Assembly (NCBI GenBank): GCA_964605705.1
Contig: CAZSDW010000017.1
Coordinates: forward strand, 245-64,244
Origin: an uncultured bacterium
GTDB taxonomy: Bacteria > Fidelibacterota > UBA2242
DNA length: 64,000 nt
Direction: 5' to 3'
The notes beneath the pieces are model-generated. The model was not told the origin of the DNA. It did not search any database and was given only the letters and a program-made list of their open reading frames with translations. The position numbers and the translations under genes are program-made. Positions 58,033 through 64,000 of the stretch are shown in pieces. Positions within the stretch are counted from its first letter, which is position 1, and each line of letters starts with the position of its first letter.

Positions 58033-59406
58033 ATGGCAAAACGCAGTGGAAACATTCTGATTGTCGATGACAATGAAGAAATTCTGGTGGCGCTTCGTCT
58101 GTTTTTATCCGGACATTACAGCCGGGTCATCACCGAAAAGAACCCGGTCAATATTCCCGCACTGATACAGAAATCCAGCTGCGATGTAATTATGCTGGAT
58201 ATGAATTTCAAAGCGGGAATCAATACGGGAAATGAAGGGATCTACTGGATGAAGGAGATCCTTAAAATCGATCCCGCAGCCGTTATCATTTTTATGACAG
58301 CTTATGCCGATATCGATCTGGCGGTGCGGGCAATTCGGGAGGGAGCGACGGATTTTATCGAGAAACCCTGGGAGGAGGATAAACTCCTTGCACGGGTTGG
58401 CGCTGCCATGAATTTGCGGCAGTCCAAACTGGAAATTGATCGCTTGAAATCCAAGCAGAAGCATCTCAGCGAGCGGATCGACCAGGACTATCCGCTCTGT
58501 ATTGGTTCATCCGCCGTAATGCAGCAAGTAATTACAACGATTTCAAAAGTGGCTAAGACTGAGGCGAATATATTAATACTCGGTGAAAACGGGACCGGCA
58601 AGGAACTGATTGCCCGGGAAATCCATCGGCAATCCAAACGTGCCGGAGAGGTGTTTGTCAATGTTGATCTTGGCGCAGTCAGTGAATCGCTGTTTGAAAG
58701 TGAACTCTTCGGCTATGTCAAAGGCGCTTTTACCGATGCGAAACAGGATCGCGCCGGGCGTTTTGAAATTGCTTCCGGCGGGACACTCTTTCTGGATGAA
58801 ATCGGCAATCTGCCGCTGCATCTCCAATCGAAACTGCTGACGGTGCTGCAGAATCGTGAAGTCATTCGGCTGGGTTCAAACAAAGCCATCCCTATTGATA
58901 TCCGACTGATCTCTGCGACCAATAAACCGATTTTTGAGATGGCGGAAGCGGAAACCTTCCGGGAGGATCTGCTTTACCGGATTAATACGATCCAGCTGGA
59001 GTTGCCTCCATTGCGGGAACGCATCGATGATATTCCGGAGTTTGTAGAGTTTTTCCTGGAAATCTATACCGGTAAATATAATAAAAGTTGTCTAAAAGTA
59101 TCCGAAGCGGCTATTTCGAAATTGAAAAGGCATCAATGGAAAGGAAATGTCCGGGAACTGCAGCACGCAGTTGAAAAGGCAGTGATTCTGTGTGAGTCAG
59201 ACCGGCTTGAAGCGGATGATTTTTTCTTTCGGTCGATAAAACGCAGCAACGATCAAATGACGGGGACGCTGATCATTGAGGATCATGAACGCCAGCTGAT
59301 TAAAAAGGCAATGACGCAATTTCAGGGAAATATTAGCAAAGCCTGCAGCGCTCTAGGCATTACCCGAAAAACGCTCTATAACAAATTAAGGAAATATGAT
59401 TTATAA
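58033..59406 (+). CDS. sigma-54-dependent response regulator (NtrC/AtoC family bacterial enhancer-binding protein: receiver + AAA+ + Fis-type HTH)
   Basis: Receiver D-box (VIMLDMNF). AAA+ Walker A GENGTGKE. ESELFGYVKGAFTDA (GAFTGA-loop variant). Arginine finger region. C-terminal HTH ..ISKACSALGITRKTLYNKLRKY. Confidence 0.85.
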   Translation: MAKRSGNILIVDDNEEILVALRLFLSGHYSRVITEKNPVNIPALIQKSSCDVIMLDMNFKAGINTGNEGIYWMKEILKIDPAAVIIFMTAYADIDLAVRAIREGATDFIEKPWEEDKLLARVGAAMNLRQSKLEIDRLKSKQKHLSERIDQDYPLCIGSSAVMQQVITTISKVAKTEANILILGENGTGKELIAREIHRQSKRAGEVFVNVDLGAVSESLFESELFGYVKGAFTDAKQDRAGRFEIASGGTLFLDEIGNLPLHLQSKLLTVLQNREVIRLGSNKAIPIDIRLISATNKPIFEMAEAETFREDLLYRINTIQLELPPLRERIDDIPEFVEFFLEIYTGKYNKSCLKVSEAAISKLKRHQWKGNVRELQHAVEKAVILCESDRLEADDFFFRSIKRSNDQMTGTLIIEDHERQLIKKAMTQFQGNISKACSALGITRKTLYNKLRKYDL

Positions 59407-60739
59407 CCGTTTCAGTATCAAAACCATCATCCGAATTGGGTTAATTGCGTTGACCGGATATCTGTTTACCTGGTCGTTGACAAAAGAATACCTGGTTGTC
59501 ACAAAATTTACCCTCGCAATTGTCTGGATTCTGCAAATTATCGACCTGATTCATTATGTCAATAAAACCAACCGTCAACTGAATAATTTCCTGCAATCTC
59601 TGCGCTACCGCGACTTTGTGGGTAATCCCTCTGAAAGTGAGAAATCCTTCAAAGAACTGAACCTCAGCTATAATGAAATTATCCATGAAATAAAAGAAGC
59701 AAAAATGGAGACGGCAAGCGAACATCATTATCTGCAAAATAGTATTGAAAATCTTGGTGTGGGCGTAATGGCTTTTGATAATGATGGAAATATCGAATTG
59801 ATCAATAAGGCAGCCAAAGATATTTTCGGATTAAAGTACCTGAAGAATATTCGGTTCCTGGACTCGATTAGAAAAGACCTCTCGCAAACTGTTATGGAAT
59901 TGCCCGTCGATCATCCGAAACTGATCGCCATTGAAAAGGACAGCGAACTTCAGAAATTGTCATTCAAACGGGTCCATTTTAAAATTCGCGGCAGGGATAT
60001 TCATCTTTTATCCATTCAGAATTTAAAGACCGAGCTGGAAGAAGAGGAGATCGAAGCCTGGCAAAAGTTGATCCGGGTTTTGTCCCACGAAATTATGAAC
60101 TCCGTAACTCCGGTAAAGTCGCTGACCGGGACAATTATCCAGATGTTTGAAAAAGAGGGGACTGCCAAATCGATTCAGGAAATTGATGACGAGACGATTC
60201 GGAACAGTCTCGATGGATTGCATGCCATCGAAAATCGCAGTAAAGGCTTGCTGAATTTTGTCCAATCCTATCGTAAACTTACCCGCCTGCCAAAACCACA
60301 GCCGAAAAAAGTCATGCTCAAAGCATTGCTGGAAAATATTCACAAACTGATGGAAGCGGAACTCGCTGACAATAAAATACCGCTCGAAATAACCATCGCA
60401 TCCGACGATATTGAACTATACTGCGACGAACGCCTGATCAACCAGGTACTGATCAACCTGCTGACGAACTCTCTGCAAGCCTGTCTGGATAAAGCAAACG
60501 CTGCGATAAGTCTGAGTGGATTCCAGGAAAACAATACAACGGTTATCCAGGTGCAGGATAATGGTCCGGGAATTCCGGCGGATATTATCGATAAAATTTT
60601 TATTCCGTTCTATACGACCAGAGAAAATGGGACGGGAGTCGGGCTGAGTCTTTCAAAGCAGGTGATGCGCTTGCATAACGGCAGTATTACGGTTCATTCG
60701 ATACCGGATGTCGAGACCGTGTTTACATTGAAATTTTAA
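59396..60739 (+). CDS. sensor histidine kinase (2 N-terminal TM helices, PAS-like region, HisKA, HATPase_c)
   Basis: H-box LIRVLSHEIMNSVTPV, N-box LINQVLINLLTNSLQA, G1 VQDNGPGIP, G2 GTGVGLSLSKQ. Overlaps the response-regulator stop by 11 nt. Confidence 0.85.
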   Translation: MIYNRFSIKTIIRIGLIALTGYLFTWSLTKEYLVVTKFTLAIVWILQIIDLIHYVNKTNRQLNNFLQSLRYRDFVGNPSESEKSFKELNLSYNEIIHEIKEAKMETASEHHYLQNSIENLGVGVMAFDNDGNIELINKAAKDIFGLKYLKNIRFLDSIRKDLSQTVMELPVDHPKLIAIEKDSELQKLSFKRVHFKIRGRDIHLLSIQNLKTELEEEEIEAWQKLIRVLSHEIMNSVTPVKSLTGTIIQMFEKEGTAKSIQEIDDETIRNSLDGLHAIENRSKGLLNFVQSYRKLTRLPKPQPKKVMLKALLENIHKLMEAELADNKIPLEITIASDDIELYCDERLINQVLINLLTNSLQACLDKANAAISLSGFQENNTTVIQVQDNGPGIPADIIDKIFIPFYTTRENGTGVGLSLSKQVMRLHNGSITVHSIPDVETVFTLKF

Positions 60740-60785
60740 TAATCAAATGCTTAATAGTAAAAACCAATTCATGTGGAATTAGAGA

Positions 60786-61604
60786 ATGAAATCAATTTTC
60801 CGAATAATTCTTGCCTTGATCAGACTTTTTACTTTTTTGATAATTGGAATTATGCTATTGTTATTTGATCTCTTTATCCTGCTCATTTTCTACCCGGTTG
60901 GTAAAAAAACCTGCCGTAAAGTATCGACCTTTTTTGGTCCGATGTGGGGCACGATTTTTACTAAAATACTCGGATTTCGGATTACGATCAATGGGAAAGA
61001 GCATCTGCGGAAAAATCAAAATTACTGTATTATTTCCAACCATATGAGTTATCTGGACATTCTGGTTTACGGTTCCTGCCTGCCGGTGCTGTTTGTATCC
61101 CGACACGATGTAAAATATTGGCCGCTGCTGGGAACGATTGCCTGGGTCCGCGGCTCGATTTTTGTCGATCGCTCCATTACCGGTTCCAGTGAGCGCCCCT
61201 ATGTGAAACAGATTGTCGATTATCTGAGAATGGGATTTAATGTCCTTGTATTTCCCGAGGGAACCACGTCCAATGGTGAGGCTGTGATGCCTTTTAAGAA
61301 AACCATATTCGCATGCCCGGTCAGAGCGGAATTACCCATTTTGCCGGTGACGATAAAATATACACGAATTAATCATGAACCATTTTCGGCGTCAAACCGT
61401 GACCAGATCTGCTGGTATGGCGAGATGACTTTTCCTGACCATTTCTGGAACGTACTGAAAGTCTGGCGAATCGATGCTACGCTGACGATTCATCCGCCGG
61501 TGTTCGAGAAAGCTGAGGAGGACTGGCGCGAGCAGAATCGAACGCTTTCGGTGAAAATTCATAATATTATTGAAGAGGGATATTTAAACAAATCAACTAA
61601 TTGA
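60786..61604 (+). CDS. 1-acyl-sn-glycerol-3-phosphate (lysophospholipid) acyltransferase, PlsC family
   Basis: N-terminal TM anchor. Acyltransferase motif I NHMSYLDI (HX4D), motif III FPEGTTSNGE. Confidence 0.75.
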   Translation: MKSIFRIILALIRLFTFLIIGIMLLLFDLFILLIFYPVGKKTCRKVSTFFGPMWGTIFTKILGFRITINGKEHLRKNQNYCIISNHMSYLDILVYGSCLPVLFVSRHDVKYWPLLGTIAWVRGSIFVDRSITGSSERPYVKQIVDYLRMGFNVLVFPEGTTSNGEAVMPFKKTIFACPVRAELPILPVTIKYTRINHEPFSASNRDQICWYGEMTFPDHFWNVLKVWRIDATLTIHPPVFEKAEEDWREQNRTLSVKIHNIIEEGYLNKSTN

Positions 61605-61978
61605 ATCGGTCTGAGAACCTGAATTATTCATAAGCAATAAGGTCATATCCCGTTATTAGGATTCGATTCCAATCGCCTCAAACAAACTCTTCTTGAACTC
61701 ATTCTTTCCATCCATGTTACAAAATGTTTCCCCATATTGCTGTACTTGCGGGTACTGATCCGGTATCCATTGATCAAACCATCTTCGATCCCACCAAAAA
61801 ACAGGCAGGAAAATCACTATCTGAACTCTCCTTTCCCACGCTTGATGCCACTGTTCAGCTGGAATATGGCAAAGAAATCGGGCTGGGCAGCCGCAATTAT
61901 TGGCAGGAGACAGAGTTTTAAATATTTTGTTGCATCAGATCCAGAATACGACGACTAAATCCCCAAAATTCTCAGGCT

Positions 61979-64000
61979 TTATCCTGCCATATTCTCAAAA
62001 ACCATCGAATAATCCGCTTCACTTAATACAGTACTATAAAGACCAATATCTTCACCTTCGTGTTTATTAACACCAACATATACAAGACTTGCGTCCTCGT
62101 ATCTTTTAAATCCGAGAACCGCTTGATTCATTCTCTGGCTATTGAACAGACCTAAACTGACAAGCAGCTCAAAATCCTTGATTGTCAAACCGGTAACTTT
62201 CTTGAACAATCCCGGTTCCAACTGAGTAATGACGTCTTGAAGAGACCGTTCACGGAAGTCAGTCAAGTACATGAACAAAGGAATTCGGGTCGCAAACTTT
62301 ATTAACTTTTCCTGGATTTGTTTACGTTTACTTTTGTATTCCTTTTCTTCTTCGGTTAACTGTTTTTTCTCTTTAGGCGAAAGATCTTCATCATTTTTAC
62401 TTTTCCTGACTTTTTTCACCGCTTCAGATTTATTGATGATAGTCTCTATATCCTGATTTAAGCTGCGAAAACCTTCAATATTCATTAGCGCTTTCATGGC
62501 GGCTTCATTGCTCATTAAGCGTTTTAAAGTGATATTATCGACATTCACTAGCAAAGCGCTTTCCCACCGTCTCGCCAATAGCGTTGCGGAAGTCCCGCTC
62601 ATAGCTATATCCAAAACTTCCGCCGCATCGACTTGCTTCATAGAGCTACCATCATAGGCTAATATGGGTAAAAAACTAATAAACTCATCTACTTTTCTCT
62701 CAGGATTCGTCTCTTCAACATTTAACCGACAACTATAATCCGCAATCTGTCTTAACGCGCGATCGGGGGCAAAATCAAAGATATAACACTCTTTCTTGAT
62801 GATTTCTTCATAATTCGGCGTTTTACCATCGGGATTCTTCACAGTCCAGGGTGATTGAACCCGGAAAGCGGCCTGAAAATAAGTTTCTGGACTTGAAGAA
62901 TTGCGCAACATTAAGATCCCGGTCCACGGTCTGATAGTAACTCCCGTAGTCAATTTACCACAAGTCAACGTTACCGTCTTTGTTTTCAAAGGATCGTCCA
63001 TCGCACTCAACACTGGCGGCAAAGCTTTTACACCGATCCCGGCTTTACTCCCAGCCGCAACGATGATTTGATAATCATGATAAAAACGGTTTTGTTTCTG
63101 CATTAACAGATTTCGCATTGCATGACATGCGGCCACATTGGGTAAAAACCATAAAGTGTGTTGCAAAACGTTCAGCAGGCGAACATCTGAATAAGGCAAC
63201 GGTGGTTTCTTAGCACCTAATTTTAAATTGTCTAATGTAGTTATCTGCAGTGTTCCTCTGATCAGATTCAGCCACTTCTGAACCTCGTCTTCATATTTGA
63301 ATTTCGCTTCCCTCTCATCTCCTTCAGCAGAGAAAAAAACATTTAAATCAAATTCATCATATTCACCTTGTAATACTATATCACAGATTTCGGGGGGCAA
63401 CTGATAGGTCATGAGCACCATTCTTGGCAGACATAGATAAGGATTATTCTTGCCCTTCCATACTTGTTTTGCCCTCTGTTCATCGGAGTATGTCCAGTTA
63501 TATATTTGCTCTTCTATAAATTCACCCGATGCAATCGCCCGAAACGGTGTACCCGATAAATACAAATACGCATTTGTGGTAATCGGCATGATTTCTTCAT
63601 CAAAATCAATACCGGTATAACCCTCTTCTTTTAAAATCGCCGTATCCTCTGCGAGGATTTCTTTATCATCCTCACTTAAAAACAAATCCTTGGCTCTTTC
63701 CCGCCAAGAACCGTAATGATACTCGTCTAAAATAACACAATCCCAGTTGATGGTATGAACCCACTCATTTTTCGTCTTTATTCCGCCGCTGCTCTTATTC
63801 CTGCCCAGATAATCCTGAAACGACCCAAAACATACAAACGGCATATTTTTATCGATATCTTCATATGTCAGACTACCGGGTGAAATAAACTGCCATCCTT
63901 CAAAATCAATATGCTGCATTAAATCGGTTTCCCAGGCATGTTGAACAGCCGGTTTGAATGTCATCACCAGCACTTTATTCCAGTCCATTTTCTTTGCCAG
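61979..64000 (-). CDS. SF2 (SNF2/DEAH-like) helicase-domain protein, 3' portion; N-terminus with Walker A lies beyond the window end
   Basis: Motif II VILDEYHYG, motif III YLYLSGTPFR, helicase-C motif VI-like YFQAAFRVQSP, then a ~200-aa Lys/Glu-rich C-terminal region. The ORF is open to the window edge. Confidence 0.55.
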   Translation of the reverse strand: MAKKMDWNKVLVMTFKPAVQHAWETDLMQHIDFEGWQFISPGSLTYEDIDKNMPFVCFGSFQDYLGRNKSSGGIKTKNEWVHTINWDCVILDEYHYGSWRERAKDLFLSEDDKEILAEDTAILKEEGYTGIDFDEEIMPITTNAYLYLSGTPFRAIASGEFIEEQIYNWTYSDEQRAKQVWKGKNNPYLCLPRMVLMTYQLPPEICDIVLQGEYDEFDLNVFFSAEGDEREAKFKYEDEVQKWLNLIRGTLQITTLDNLKLGAKKPPLPYSDVRLLNVLQHTLWFLPNVAACHAMRNLLMQKQNRFYHDYQIIVAAGSKAGIGVKALPPVLSAMDDPLKTKTVTLTCGKLTTGVTIRPWTGILMLRNSSSPETYFQAAFRVQSPWTVKNPDGKTPNYEEIIKKECYIFDFAPDRALRQIADYSCRLNVEETNPERKVDEFISFLPILAYDGSSMKQVDAAEVLDIAMSGTSATLLARRWESALLVNVDNITLKRLMSNEAAMKALMNIEGFRSLNQDIETIINKSEAVKKVRKSKNDEDLSPKEKKQLTEEEKEYKSKRKQIQEKLIKFATRIPLFMYLTDFRERSLQDVITQLEPGLFKKVTGLTIKDFELLVSLGLFNSQRMNQAVLGFKRYEDASLVYVGVNKHEGEDIGLYSTVLSEADYSMVFENMAG

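Noticed and set aside
61640-61680. tRNA-like T-arm string (TAGGATTCGATTCCAATCGCCTCA) near the helicase gene, which could have marked an integration site
   Set aside because: No complementary acceptor or T-stem pairing could be built around it, and no full cloverleaf is evident. It is probably chance similarity.
1-64000. CRISPR arrays, rRNA or tRNA genes
   Set aside because: No 25-40-bp direct repeats with unique spacers were seen, and there are no stretches resembling 16S/23S/5S or a tRNA cloverleaf. The only repetition is protein-level paralogy (permeases, T9SS C-terminal domains) and the short spacer motif.

Overview
This 64 kb window looks like it comes from an FCB-superphylum bacterium (Bacteroidota/Ignavibacteriota-like); the many T9SS (type IX secretion system) C-terminal sorting domains are the clue. 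It has three parts.

(1) 1-17.3 kb, all on the plus strand: a hemicellulose (arabinoxylan) degradation locus. It holds a XylR-like AraC-family regulator and at least nine secreted glycoside hydrolases or carbohydrate-binding proteins: the GH51 tail, GH43 x2, GH30, GH10, GH127, GH97, a LamG protein and a clan GH-A-like enzyme. Six of these end in a conserved ~80-aa T9SS sorting domain (NYPNPFNP...LLK). No SusC/SusD pair is present.

(2) 17.4-57.8 kb, all on the minus strand: a roughly 40 kb co-directional block dominated by ten full-length paralogous ~800-aa FtsX/MacB-type ABC permeases (duplicated FtsX domains) plus one decayed copy. It is headed by a single ABC ATPase gene and a small secreted protein. 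Embedded in the same orientation are an arabinose catabolic operon (galM, Na+/solute symporter, araB, araD, araA), a GH5 T9SS enzyme, a secreted beta-propeller protein, and a KamA-family radical-SAM gene paired with a CxxCH lipoprotein.

(3) 57.8-64 kb: a divergently transcribed sigma-54-dependent two-component system (NtrC-like response regulator plus histidine kinase), a PlsC-type acyltransferase, and the 3' part of an SNF2-like SF2 helicase gene running off the window.

The most unusual feature is the ~10:1 permease-to-ATPase array with its apparent sigma-54 enhancer-binding control region and conserved inter-permease spacer motifs. No rRNA, tRNA or CRISPR was found. The ORF track accepts TTG/GTG starts, so several N-termini are probably over-extended. 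Fine coordinates of intergenic motifs are approximate, about 2 nt either way.
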